Below, piece after piece: positions 10,173 to 23,700 of a DNA stretch of 64,000 nucleotides. A model generated the notes under the pieces. The model saw nothing but the letters and a program-made list of their open reading frames with translations. It was not told the DNA's origin and did not search any database. Within the stretch, counting starts at the first letter, position 1, and every line of letters starts with the position of its first letter. A program made the position numbers and the translations under genes. Origin of the DNA: Setoptus koraiensis (Eukaryota > Animalia > Arthropoda); NCBI GenBank assembly GCA_048013815.1, contig CM106586.1, positions 9,424,001-9,488,000 on the forward strand. The letters run 5' to 3'.

Positions 10173-12072
10173 CTATGTCTGGCTGATCGATTCCACTTTA
10201 TATCGGTGCTATTTGTTGTGATTTTGTCAGTTGTTGTTATCTAGTGCGGACATGAAATGATTATGAGCGAACAAACCGATCGAAGGCGCCTATTAGTCGT
10301 TCAAGTGGCTCACTGACTCCCCCCCCCCTTGCCCGTTCTCTCTTATCTTGTTCTCTCATACAAACATCATCACCAGACTCATTATAGGCTGTGGCGCGCA
10401 TGCGCACAAACGCATGTCGGAATCTATATGCTCGAGAGTGGATTCGAGGTTCGAATTTCGAACGCTTCGAATTGTTAGCGGCCGCGAATCGAAGCGGCTG
10501 CGAATCGCGTTCGAATTGGAACAAGCACACTGCCACCATAAGTACATAGTTTGTATTACACTAATTGAGACTGGCACACTGAGTATCAGTTTGCGCGTCT
10601 CGTGCGCATCTCGTCGTTTGCTCCTACTTATTGACTCATTAAGCCATTAACTGTGCTCGTTATCACTCTCGGCGCTTCGGTGTCAGTTTCGATGGTCCGA
10701 CTGCGCTAATTCCGCGCCGACCCGACATCGACGCGGGTACCGTCGTTGTCGACGTGGACGTGGGCACCGCCATCGACACCGACACCGGTTCCAGTTGTCG
10801 CCTAGCGGCGCCGCCGGCAACTAAACCAACCACCTTTTCGTTGCTGCTGGAACTTGTTTGACTTGCGCAGAGTGGCACAACACAAAACGAAATTGCAGTT
10901 GTGTGTCAAGCTCGAACATTGTGACGGACGATGAAAATTGCGATAATCAGTCATGAGGCCCAGCTAATTATTGACTCGCTGACAGCTCACTTGTGAGAGC
11001 TGATTGAGCTGTCCAGCAACTGCGCCGCCGGTCAACTGTGCCGCCGGTCAACTGCGCGTGATCGGGGCGAACGGAAGCACGCAAAACGTGTCTACGTGGT
11101 CGCGTTTTGTTTGTTTGTTTTGTCGAATTTCGACAGTCGCAATGCGCATTGTGATTTTCAGCACACTTTTCGAGCTCAGCGCACAGCACGCTCGCACATC
11201 ACCTGTCGACAGGTATAAAAGGTATAATGAGGTAGAGAAGAATGGTAATTAATTATGCGTTGTCTCGCGCAAGTCCCGTTCTGTCAATGGTGGATGCAGT
11301 TTGCAGCGATTCAAGCGAACGCGAGAACAATCGCCGGAGTGCGCGCCCCAGTGAGCGGACGAGCGGTGGCACAAGTGGCGCCCGCTACCCCGCTATTATA
11401 TGTCCGCTATTATATATCCGCCCGTTGCTGGCGTCGTGTCCACCATTAGAATTTGCAACCGTTGCTCCGACTGGCGGACGATTCGCGTTTCGCCGATACA
11501 ACAGAAATTACAACAGATACGCCTATTCTCGTGTTTGTTGGCGGCCTCGATTGATTGTTCGCTCGGCCGATTGTAGCCCCATTGGAAGCCGAGAGTGGCC
11601 GTTGCTCACAATTGTCGACAATTGTTTGTCGACGAATTGGCGAAATGCAAATCGCTGAAAATTGCTGGCGATTTGTCGGCACGAACGCACGATGACTGTC
11701 TGACAGTCATTGGCTGTCACTGGCTGTCAGGCACCGGTCAGCCGCTGACCACTCAACCAGCTGATGGCGGCCGATCAGCTGGAGTGAGTGCGTCTCACAG
11801 ACAGGGTAGCGGATCGATCAGCTGGACGGGCTAATTGTAATTGTGGCCATTGTAGTAATTGTATAATTGTTGATTGAGACAACAACTGCCAGCAAACAAA
11901 TAGATAAACAGTAAAAATAAAAAATAAACGCGCCGCTAAACGGGCCCATTGGAGCCCGCTGCTAATGATGCTGCAAACAGCAATCGGTCCGCTCGCAACC
12001 GCCTCTGATACGTGCTCAACATGCGCCTATATCCCCTATCTGGCCTCTATATCTGGCGGTGATCAATCAATT

Positions 12073-12073
<1 letters not shown>

Positions 12074-12110
<37 letters not shown>
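12074..12110. repeat. (GT)18 microsatellite
   Basis: Read directly from the sequence. Confidence 0.97.
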
Positions 12111-12115
<5 letters not shown>

Positions 12116-13300
12116 GACTGGACCGGTTTTGTTGATAATTTAATTAGTTAGTCAGATTGGTTGTCAATGGGAATCTCACGCGAGAATCGGAGTGGGCCGG
12201 GCAAATCGGAAGCAGCGTTCGTTTGCATTATAATCACAATGTTATTACAATGCCACTACATTGACAATGTGTCCACCTGAGGCGCCCCTAGCGGCGGCTC
12301 ACAACAGCTCACCTGTATTATAATTTATAAGCCAATTGTGAACATTTGCAACATTTTTGCCTAATTTATTATTGGTAATAACAGGCTGATGGTAGTGACG
12401 CGATGGCCAGACATGAGACCGGGCCGATTTGTCGCGACCCGAAGCTCAACAAACGCGCATCGCACGCACTTTTATGCAAAATGTAAATGCAAACAAAACA
12501 AAACAACAAAACAAAACAAATAACAGCCAGCCAGCCAACAAAAAGACAGAAATTGTCAAATCACAATCGATGTGGCTAGACGTTGTAGCAATTATTGGTC
12601 GTACTTGGTATTTATGGTTCAATGGCAAACGCACGGCAAGCAGCCAAGCAGACAACTGGCAGACGCCGGCTGAACACGGCATGAATAACAGCAGCATGTG
12701 ACACATGTCTATTATAATGTTATTATTATGTAACACCAAAGTTGCATGTTGGCGCAACGACGATAACGACAATGTTATTTATTCAGCAACATTGCAGTAG
12801 CAAACAACGCGGACGTTGTCGCGTGCGTGTGTGTGTGTCACTCGAATTGCCTATTACATTATGCAAGTAACATTATGCAACAATCAAATTGTTTAATTGC
12901 TTGATCTCATGTTTGTCGCGACTTGCCACTGGCAACCGGAAATGACTGCGGCTGTCGCCAGTCGCCAATAATAAAGTAAACAAAAGCGGTAGTCATGGCA
13001 ACACACTAATCGTGCCAGACCCGTGCCAGACCGCAAAAGCCGAGGTACAAACAGGGCCACGCAGGCAGGTATGGAGGTACGAGCGAAGGCACGGGTAGAG
13101 GCACGATGGACTTCATTGACCCCTGTTACCGGATCGAGCGGCGCGGTGCAGTTTATCGGGTACCGGAGTGCGGGGTCACGCACACCAGTGTCGCAAATCT
13201 AATAACAGACGCTCTCTATTAGCCTGATATGATCACGGGTCATTAGCATGGCCGATGATTATACTCGCTGCCAGTAGTGTCTTAATTTTGCTCGCCATTA

Positions 13301-13350
13301 GTGGCCAGCAGTGGCCAGTAGTGGCCAGTAGTGGCCAGTAGTGGCCAGTG
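13301..13350. repeat. 10-nt tandem repeat GTGGCCAGTA x5
   Basis: Read directly from the sequence; 1-nt variants in the first and last units. Confidence 0.93.
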
Positions 13351-16300
13351 CCGCCAGTGTCGCCAGTAGTGGCCAAAAGCTGGCACGGGCACCGCTTGAC
13401 AGCCGGTGTCAATCTATATCCACTGCGGCCACACTTGCCGCGGCTAGTAGCTTGCCGAGCGGCCCAGCGCCAGCAAACGCAGCGCTCACAGTGGACGGTA
13501 TAGGTGACACAGTTGGTCTTAATTAGCGGGCAGCTCTAATGAGTCTTGTGGCTGCCATCGCCACACTGGACAATGGTCAATTAGGCTTCTGTTCGCTGGT
13601 CACCAGTGGCCAGCACGCTATTTCAGCGCCTTCGTTTGCTGGCTGCAGCTTATTTTGGCACCAGTTGGTGGTTACGCTGATTAGCATTTAATCATCATTT
13701 AATCAATGTCATGTAGCCGGTGCCTGCGCGCGACCTCTACCAGCCAGTAACCGGCACTAACTCGCGGCTGCCGGTGGCTCGTTGCTGCCGATGGCTTGTA
13801 GCAACCGACGATAACAGCGATTGGCCAAACTTGAACCTGTTGTCGTGGTTGTCGTTGTTGTCGTGGTTGTCGTTGTTGTCGTTGTGGTTGTTTGTCGCTT
13901 GACACGGGTCAGCGCCGCATGAAAAACATACGCACCGTTAAACAGTCACAGATATACCCGTATCCGCGGCTGTCGCACGTACCAAGGCCCGCGACTGTCG
14001 GATACATCGATGCATGAGTGATATAATTATAATGCGCCGGCGCGACAACAACAAGTGCAACAACTCAACCACAAGTGCAACAACTCAACAACATGTGTCC
14101 AGTTGACCGGCCACATGTTGGCCGGTCACTCACTCCGCAGCGGCACCACCGATCGCCACAACTGACCAGTCACCACTGTCAGTGTAAACTCGGTGTGGCC
14201 AGACTGTGCGATTGCTGGCCCTGGCAAGACAGACAACGCTGGCGCCCCTGGTGTCGGCGCAAACAATTTGAAACTGATGGAGATATTTTGTGATAGCTGG
14301 GGTGATTTTGCGCCCAGCTGAATATAAAATGACGAATGCTCGCAAGGGCGTCACTTTTATCCGAGCGACAGCTCGCAAGTTTTGCAATGTCTGCCGCTGC
14401 GCTCATATTTATATTCATGTGTGAATGTAACAACACACGCATATTCATACATTCACACATTTATATATTTATGCATTTATCCATTTATGCATTTATACAT
14501 TTTTACAATTATCCATTTATCCATTTGAACATTTTTGCATTTATACATCTAGCGCGTACACTGTTGCTGGCGCTCACAATGGGCCATTGTTGGGTGTAAC
14601 TAATTGACGACTTATGATAATCGTGCGAGGTATTTAGTCGACTCATCACACACGCACAAATGCAAAGTCCGGAATGCGAACACACAAATAGCTTCGTGCC
14701 GAACCGATAAACTCGTCGGAGCTCTTCGAAGCGTTCGAGGCTCGTCGAAGCGTTCGAAGGGCGGATTGTCGAGAGTTGGCGTCATTATCGAGCCGAAGCA
14801 GCTCGCAAGAAAAGTTGTGCGTTAGGTGTTGTCAGCGTGAGCGGACAGCGACGGAACGCACTATTAGTAGCATAATATATAACCAATTATTTATTCAATT
14901 TTGATACCAAACAGTAACCTTGAATGCCAAATTGTTGTCGTTAGTGTCGCTGTTGGCCGTAGGAATTAAATGCGGCAGCGGCGGTAATCCCGGCACGGCG
15001 ATTGCCCGATGGCCACACACAATGGGCCACTGATTGGGCACTGATTCGGCACTGATTGACAAAACGGTAGGTGCAGTGTGCACGAGTCTGCACGAGTTGG
15101 CGGCCTCACCTAGCGACCGGTGGCACAACTTGTATAACGGGCAGCAGCAGCGTGTATCAACAGATATATCAATAGCAATCAATGCTTATTTATTTGACAG
15201 TTACTAAACAGTTGGCTGCTGTCACTGGTCATTATTGGCCGCCGTTATTGGTTGTTGTTGGCCGCAGTTGCTGGTTGTTGTTGGCCGCAGTTGCTGGTTG
15301 TTGTTGGCCGCAGTTGCTGGTTGTTGTTGGCCGCTGTTGCTGGTTGTTGTTGGCTGCCGTTGTTACCGTTACTGTGGCGCTGGTGCGGAACTCTGGCGGC
15401 CGGCGCTGGACTGAATTTTGGGTGCGACTAGTGCATTAACAAACAACTCATACTAAACCGAAACTCGTATTAAACTGGCGCTGTCGTCCGACAGGGCGAC
15501 CCAAGCGACAGTAGGCACTGCTGGGCCAATCAACAGGTGATGGATGAGCGGGCCGGTTGGCATGGCGAGCAAACGTTTTGTAAAGATGTCACCGGACCAT
15601 TGGCTCGCCCTCATTCCAGCGATTCCTCACTTACCACACAATTTATGGGCTCACCATTTGCACTCTATGTGCGCCCTGTTGGACAGTTCCGCGGCCACCA
15701 CCAATTACCATACCGAGCCGGCAACGCCCACCGGTCGGCCGTAGCCCGGGGCCGGGCGTCGGGCCGGCAATTCGGGCCGATTGGCGCGCCAACGGAGATA
15801 ATCAAGACGCAAGTTGTGCTCTTTATTAGCACCTGTGGCCACAAACAACCGGCAGCGCGTTTGTTTGTGTTTGTAGATTGGCGAGTTTTGTAAATTTCGC
15901 TGTCGAAGCTTGTACATCTCGCTGTCGAAGCCTTTGACTCACAAGTTCTGTCAGCGGTTCAGCGGGCTTTTGCGGCTCGCAGCCCGGCCCGACTGGCCGC
16001 CAGACCGGCCGCCAGGGGGACAAAAAGAGCGACATTGTAAAAAGTGATAGATTGATTTCGCTGCAGCTTGTGTGTGTGTGTGTGTGCGTTTGTTTGCCAA
16101 TTCGCACACAATTCGAGCTCGCGAATTCTTGCTTAATTATTTGTATTATACGAGCTTGTGGCATTATCTGGCTGTGCCAGCGTTCGCACAGTGCGCCACA
16201 CCCTGGCAGCCTGACACAAGCGAGCTGCTGACACGGATTCACACGGTAAATAAAGATAATTCACTCGGCGCGACGCGATCGCCGATCGCTGATCAACTGT

Positions 16301-16555
16301 CGTCTCTGTCGACGGCTACCTGTGCTGCCCGTGGACGCGAGCGAGCGGCCACCGAAGCCACGAGCAGCGCCGAAGCCACGGGCAGCACCGAAGCCGCGGG
16401 CAGCACCGAAGCCGCGAGCAGCAGGTTTGTAAAACAGGAGCAAAGATAATAAAGGTGGCTAATTTAGTTTGCTGCTGGACACGGTGGCTTGCATGCGCGA
16501 TGGCCGCTGGTCGCCACTCGCCTCGGCGTGCCAGTCGCGTTCGAATCGAGCGGTT

Positions 16556-16606
16556 CGACCGTTCGTGGCGTTCGAACGGCCCTCGTTCGAACGCCACGGA
16601 CGGTCG
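16556..16606. repeat. Inverted repeat: 23-bp arms (one G-U pair), 5-nt loop
   Basis: CGACCGTTCGTGGCGTTCGAACG-gccct-CGTTCGAACGCCACGGACGGTCG. Confidence 0.9.
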
Positions 16607-17189
16607 GTGTGCGCGTCTGCGTGTGTGCAAGTGGCTCGAGTGGGAACAGTCAACAGGCACACTAATGGCATTTGCATCTTAATGGCCGGCATCATTGGTC
16701 ACGGGCCATTGTGCGGCCCGACCCGACTGTCAGCGCGGGCCGCAGACGCTGCCGGCCGGCCGCACTGGCGCGCCGTACCCGTTACAAGCAGCCAGCAACT
16801 TGTGAGAAAACTAAACAAGCTCATGATTAGATTCTCAGATTTGCACCGGCTCTCACCGGCACTGTCCGCCGGCCAGCGAGTCATTGTCTCGTTGCGGGCA
16901 CCTTCTGCCAACAAACTTCTGCCAGCGAACTTCTGTCAGCGAACTTGTGCCAACAAACTTCGGCCAACAAACTTCTGCCGGCCAGTGGGGCCGGCCACAG
17001 GTTGACCGCTGGCCGGGCGCTCCGGCCCGCGCTCCACGGTGTAGACTCTAAACTTTAGAGACAGTACAGTAGAGTCGGCTGCACTGTCCACACTGCGGGC
17101 CGTGGCTCGTTGCGTGGGCGTCGCCGCTCACAGTGCTCCAATTCGGAGCTTCCCAATTCGAGCCTCCGAAAATTCGAATTCCGAGCCGC

Positions 17190-17315
17190 GAGTTCAGATT
17201 TCGAATTCGGGCTGCGCATTTCGAGCTGCGAACTTTGAGCTGCGAATTTCGAGCTGCGAACTTCGAATTTCGAGCTGCCAACTTCGAGCTGCGAGCTGCG
17301 AACTTCGAACCTCGA
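17190..17315. repeat. Degenerate 12-14 nt tandem repeat (TTCGAGCTGCGAA-like)
   Basis: Read directly from the sequence; about 7-8 imperfect units. Confidence 0.8.
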
Positions 17316-17700
17316 ACGGTATGCGCCGGCCGAGCGGCCGGGCCTGGCAACGGCTCGCCAGCTCGCGGTCGGGCGAGCAGAGCGAGCGAAGAGAGCGGAG
17401 TGAGCGGAGTGAGCGGAGTGTTGCATGCAAAGTGTCAAAGAGCGATCAATCGGCACTGGCGATCTCTGGCGGTGGCTCCTGGCGAGAGCCATTGAGCCAT
17501 CGAGAGCCGAATTGGCCAGCAAATGAGTGGCGTGCCAGCGCCACAAACAACAAACAGCAGCGAGGCATCGGCAACTGGGCACAATCTCGGCCGACGAGCG
17601 CTCATAAGTTGATTATTGGCTTGATTATGAGCCTCGTGAGCATTCTCTGTGGCTGCTCTCATCAACTCTAATTAAGACGCGATGGCCGGCGCGAATAGCT

Positions 17701-17758
17701 GAGCTGTGACTCTCAGGTGAGCTGTGGCTCTCAGGTGAGCTGTGACTCTCAGGTGAGC
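17701..17758. repeat. 18-nt tandem repeat GAGCTGTGACTCTCAGGT x3; each copy generates CAGGTGAG
   Basis: Read directly from the sequence; CAGGTGAG at 17714, 17732 and 17750. Confidence 0.93.
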
Positions 17759-20700
17759 GCAGTCACGAAATCATTAGTATGGCCGGTTGGCCCACACGAG
17801 ATAATGATGCCTGTTTGGCAGACTCAATAATACGAACGCTGGCGCATTGCTGAGATTTGGCTCGACGGCGACGACGGCGACGACGAGCCAGCGCCACTGA
17901 GACAACGGCAGCTCACGAGGCTCGTTATGGGCAACGAGATTGGCCATTGTTTATCATGGTCAACTGGACGCTGGTCACCTGGTCATGGATGCTCCGCCCA
18001 AGCGACTGACAGCGAAGCCGAGTGACAGCGATACACAATCGAGTGACAGCCGGAGTAACGGTCCCATTCTGACAGCAGCAGCAGCAGCCGATTGTTTGGC
18101 AATTGGAGAGTCGTTCCGTCATTGTGAACAATCATCATCATTCATTGATAATTGATGATGATTAGCAACGGCAACAACAGCACCACCAGCGACACAATTA
18201 ACTTTCATTAAACACAAACACAACAATTGGTCACACTCTCGGCATTCCTCAGGTGTCGCTGCCGGGTCGTGCTCGGTGCCGCTCGGTCGCCGCGCGGTCG
18301 CCGCTCAATCGCCGGACAGCGCTGACCAGCGCTGGTCTTGTCGCGCACACACACTTAATTAGCATACCCGGCATTGGGCTTGGCCGCCGGCCGGCCGATC
18401 GCTTGTTTGTGATTGCTGGTGATTGTTGGCGGTTGTTGGTGGTTGGTGGTTGTTGTTTGTGATCGCTGCTGGTGCACAGTTCGCGCACAGTTGGTGCACG
18501 TCGCCGGGCGCGTACTTGTATTTACAGTATTTGCACGCAGCAGATAGAGACATCATTGCAAATTAACCAACAACCAACCACGGCCAACCGGCGAATTCTT
18601 GCCGCGAATTCTTCGTTTCGCTGCCCATTCAAAACCCGTTCAACAGTGGCGTGCAATTACCGCTGGCGGGTAAATAAACCAGCCAACAACACACAAAAAA
18701 CAACTCTTCGGCTTCTATTGCCAGCGGCGCCCCGTCTCGCTCGCTCGCTACCTGTGCCGGCCTATACCTGCGCTTAGCTGCGCGTATCTGTGCGTCCATA
18801 AAGCACGTACTTTGGTGGCTATCAGGTATTTATTAAATACGTATTGAGGATCTTTTAAATATCTGTCGGATAATACTGAGTAAATATTAAATATATGTCA
18901 GATATATATTAAACATATATCAAATATATATTGAATATATATCAAATGTACATATCAAATGTATGCTGAATATGCGCCAAATGCATGTTGAATGTGTCGG
19001 CATATTGATGGGGCCGGGGCACGAACGGCGTCGTCGGCGCGACAGTCGCCGCAATTGGCCGCCGATTGACCGCCGATTGACCCGCGATCGAGCCGCCGCT
19101 TGTCGCCGGCAACAACAAATTGGCCCCGAGGAAACCCAGACAAATAAATGGGGCTCTGCGAGCGGGTTTGCGAACTGGCACGAATTTGACGCGAGTTCGT
19201 GCCCGTGCGACAGCCAAATTCGAGCCCGTGCGACAATCGAGTTCGTGCCACTCGGCATAACTCAGCGGCGCTGCCAGCGACAGGTTGCTGGCCGGCCGGC
19301 CGGCGCGACTGCCCCCGATGCGCGGTCTCGCTGTGTCGCGGGCGCATAGAGCGGCCGTTGGGCGTGTGACCGGCACTTTGGGGAGCCCAGTAGCGCCCAG
19401 TTGCGCCGCTGAGCCGAGCGGGACCGGAGCGCGACCCGGGCAGCCGCGCGGGCCGGTGGCGCAACGCGTGTGCAACAATGAACCAGCCAGCCGGAACCGG
19501 CTGGCTCATTACTAATGAGTCATTAGAGTATGGCGAGCGCGGGGCCCGTGAGGCTCGGCATAAATTGACAGTGCTCATATTAGATGTCTCAAATTGGAAA
19601 TTTATATTTGTTTTTTATTTATATTCATATCTTATTTTATGCTCAAACTGTGCTCAAATGCTCGGATCCGGCTCGGCACGGCGGCCGGCGCAATCTGGCT
19701 GTCATAGGCAATCTATTGCGTTTAACAGCAACGATAATGATAATACTGACAATAATGATGACAACGCCAACATGGTCGTATATGCTGAGAAGAACGGCTC
19801 GAGAAAATCTATCGAAGCAAACAGATTATCGACGATCGGCCAGACTGGAGATTATGTTTAATGAAGTGTCGCATCATTAAATGGGCCTGTATCACGCGCT
19901 TGCGGGCCCCGAAAGTTTGTTTGATCTGGCGCTGGCGCTGGCAAAAAACCTTGTTTTGCGACTGAATTTCGCCAGTTTCGTCGTGTCGCCATTGGCGATA
20001 TTGGCGACATTGGCGGTATATTGGCGACATTGGCGGTATATTGGCGACATTGGCGATACAACTCGGGCCTCAATGGAGTGCGCCAGGGATGGCGCGAGTG
20101 ACTTATTTAAGTGAGTGCCGTGGATGCTGGTGTCAGTTGATTCGGGGGCCGACAGCAAACAGTTTATTGTCGCTGACACTTGACCAGCAATTGTCTGGCG
20201 CGGCCAGTGGGGCCGGCAACAAATCAGCGCGGCCGACAATGGATATTTATAAATATGAATTGGATTATGATTTGAGTCGGCGGCGGTTGTTGCCATTGTT
20301 GTTGCTCAGTTGAGCAAAATGGCTGCTGATGGTTGGAGCCTCGTTGAAGCGTTTTTTATTGGCACCAGTCCGCTTTATGGGACTGCATTCAATTGTTGTC
20401 GACAGCGTCGGTTTGATGGTGATCATTGTCATGCCAGCGAGCTCAGCGCCGGCATATAAATAGCCGGCCCCGAGCCGAGTGCTGGCATTATGGGCATTAT
20501 ATAGTTGTAGCCACTACATTATTTTGGTGATAGAGTGGGGCCAACAAGATTGATGGCACAAATATGGTTGACAAAATTAATAGGTGCTGATAAATGGCTC
20601 TCGAGTCATTCACTTTTTAACAATGACAACAACAATAATCATATTGCCGATAATGGCCATAATGGCAGCGGGCCCAATCGGATAATAAACGGCACGATAT

Positions 20701-23700
20701 CATCGTGCCGTTTATATCGTTTAAAGTTATTTTTATTAAGCATTATTTTATTATCAATTGTTGCTGCGGCTACTTTGTTGTTGCTGCTGCTGCTGCTGCA
20801 CAAAAACATCGCCTATTCGGACACAAACATTTGCGACTGCAACAACTCGCACCAATAATTCAACAATTTAACAACTCGACAATGATCTCATTTCACAATC
20901 GATTATCGCCGTCGCCTCTGCCGTTGTTGCCTCTGCTGTTGTTGTCGCTGTTGTTGTTGTCGCTGTTGTTGGCGCGGTTGTTGGCCGGTTGTTGGCCGGT
21001 TGTTGGCCGTTGTTGGCCGGTTGTTGGCCGTTGTTGGCCGGTTGTTGGCGGTGAGAGCCAGTCACTCAACAAGCACTCAGGATCATCATTATTTTTCAAT
21101 CAAATCAATTTCAAACATGAGATCATCACCGCTGGCACCACAACAATGCGCTCCACTCCGCCGGCCGGGCTCCCCCCGCCACCACCACTCAACAACGCTC
21201 AACAACGCTCGACAACGCTCGACAACGCTCCATGACAGTCGCTGGCAGTCGATGGCTCTCAATGGCAGTCAATTGAAACATTGACAATTGACAATCCGCA
21301 CACCGCTGACCACTGACAATCCGGCAAAACAATGACACAAAACGCTGACACGAATCGCTGACACGAATCACTGACACCAAAAATACAAAAACTCAAAAAT
21401 AATATGGCACAATGGCGGCCCATTGTGCCATATTATTTTGTCTATCATTTGCTATATTATTTTGTATATTATTCTCTATATTATCCTCTATATTATTCTC
21501 TATATAATCCTGTATATTATTCTCGATATTATTCTGTGTATTACTTCGTACATTGTTTTGTGTATTATTTTGTCTGATATGGCTGGCCCCGGGCCCTGGT
21601 TCGCTCCGACCAGCGACAGCTGACCATCATGGCCATTATGGCGATCGCTGTAGCGTGACATAATCGCCTAATCAACTGGCCGGTCGCCGTCCATCTGGCT
21701 GACTGCGTCTCATGATGCACTCAGAGCACACATTTGCAATTTATTGTCGACTTAGCTTGATTGACGCGCGCGCAATCCACTTAAATTATCCGGATAAACT
21801 TGTTGTATAGTGCACCCGTTTGGCAAGCCACTGTTTTTGAGATGTGGCAATATCTCACAAATCTTTGCGGCGACATTCGATGATCGAAGGTTGCATCAAG
21901 CAATATCGAGCATGGAAATTATTATGAGTATTATGATAATATCCATGATAACTTTGGAGAAAAATAATAACAATTGAGCGACCAAGAGAGTCGAGTTGAT
22001 CTAGCCACATTGAGGACGGTCTAGCGCGAGACAGGCTTGCTGACATCGCAAGAGACCTCGTTTGCTACTGGAACAAACCAACTATAACGCTAGAGAGATA
22101 TTTTTGTGATATATGAGACATTATTTAACTATCCACCATTGCAATTATCCAATTACGTCTGCTCAGATTGGTTTAGAGCGCGTCTCAGAATGCACTGACA
22201 AGTGGTTGTGAGGTGGCCCCCATTTACACCTATATGCCATATAGTACACTCATTGATTCGTGGCTCATGATTCACCATGAATCTGACTCACAAGATTCAT
22301 CCGAACCTGGTTCATCATGAATCATGAATCATGAATCATGAATCGTTCATGCCAATATCCACACCGGGCTCATGCACTGTGTTGCGGGTACTGATTGCAC
22401 CAATTGTGAGTGAGATATTCACTGTCGTCCAGATATTCGTGCGTGAATGTGCGCCAGTGGCAGCGACAGATTCATTGCACGCGCAAATTGATTTATTGGT
22501 ACGTGCTCGCAAATGGCGCGATTGATCAATGATTTTCAAAATGACTTTCAAATGATTTGAATCAAATCGAATCGTTCATATCTCGCGTCTAGTTAGACGC
22601 TAATCGTTTAGTTGGTAGTCGGCTCAGGAGATGGCCGCCGCTAATAGAGGACATCATCAATATTTTATGCATGGGCTACTTTTTGAGAGGGCCGCTTACT
22701 CATATTCAAATTCATATTTATATTTATGCGATTCGTGCGATTTATGCGATTTACGCCATTGCCGTGATTACTATTTTTATTGCGAGTCACCACTGGTGGA
22801 GTAATGGCATAGTTGGCATCAATAGGCCGCTCACAAACAAACAATTGCAATTTGGTGGCTGCTGCAATTGTGTATTTGACGCAAATATACAATTGTTGTG
22901 CCGTCGGTCACAATGTTGTCGAACGCTGTCGGCGAACGCTGTCGTCGGAGCGATGCTGTCGAAAGGGGCGATTTGTTGAGCGCGGCCGTAAGTGGACGAA
23001 AGATGATACCATCACGGCCAGTTATAAGTCAAAAGTCGCGCTGACCACTCGTTGCTGGCGCTGCCGGCGCTATATTAAATGCCATTAAATTATCGTTGTC
23101 AGTTGGTTCAGCGATCGCATTAATCGATTAATTCGACTAATTCAATTGACTCGAAAGTGGCTCGCCCGTTCGCCCGTTCGACCGTCCAGTCGGCGGCCAC
23201 GTCGGGCCGGCGCGGCCATTGAGCGGACCGGCAACTGAGCGGACTGTATCAACTGTATCAATTGTGTCACTCGGCGAGCAGTCGATTAAACTGGAGCAGT
23301 CAATCCGATTGACTCCGTCGATGGTCGCTCGTGACGCTCCACTGAATCGGGCGACATGTTCATCGGGCGCCCGATTTGTGTGCCATGGCTGTGCCAGCAC
23401 AGGAAGTGGAGCGCCATTATACTCGAGTTGAGTTATCATTTATTATACGCGCGCCATTATAGACTCGCGACAGCCTATATGTTGCACGTACCGGCGTGCC
23501 ATGCATGTGCCGCATCGTGTGCCGCATCGTGTGCCGCATCGTGTGCCGCATCGTGTGCATATAAAGCGTGTCTGTGCGTATAAACGCGCGCACCTTGTCG
23601 AAGCCGGTCGAGGCCGGTCGAAGCCGATCGAGGGCATTTATCGAGTCGCTCGAGCCGCCGCCACACGACAAATGCTGCCCATACAATAGATACAATAGCG

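Noticed and set aside
10197-10202. TATAAA on the minus strand about 50 nt upstream of the Msx ATG
   Set aside because: It implies a very short UTR, no clear Inr follows, and alternative TCAGT elements lie further upstream. The TSS cannot be placed.
17150-17315. GAA/TTC-rich array as heat-shock elements
   Set aside because: The spacing is mostly GAAnTTC or TTCGAA, not three alternating nGAAn pentamers.
20290-20325. TTGAGCAAAAT matching the 5' end of miR-87 in a small hairpin
   Set aside because: The match stops after 11 nt, and the fold has a 2-nt loop and a short stem, incompatible with a pre-miRNA.
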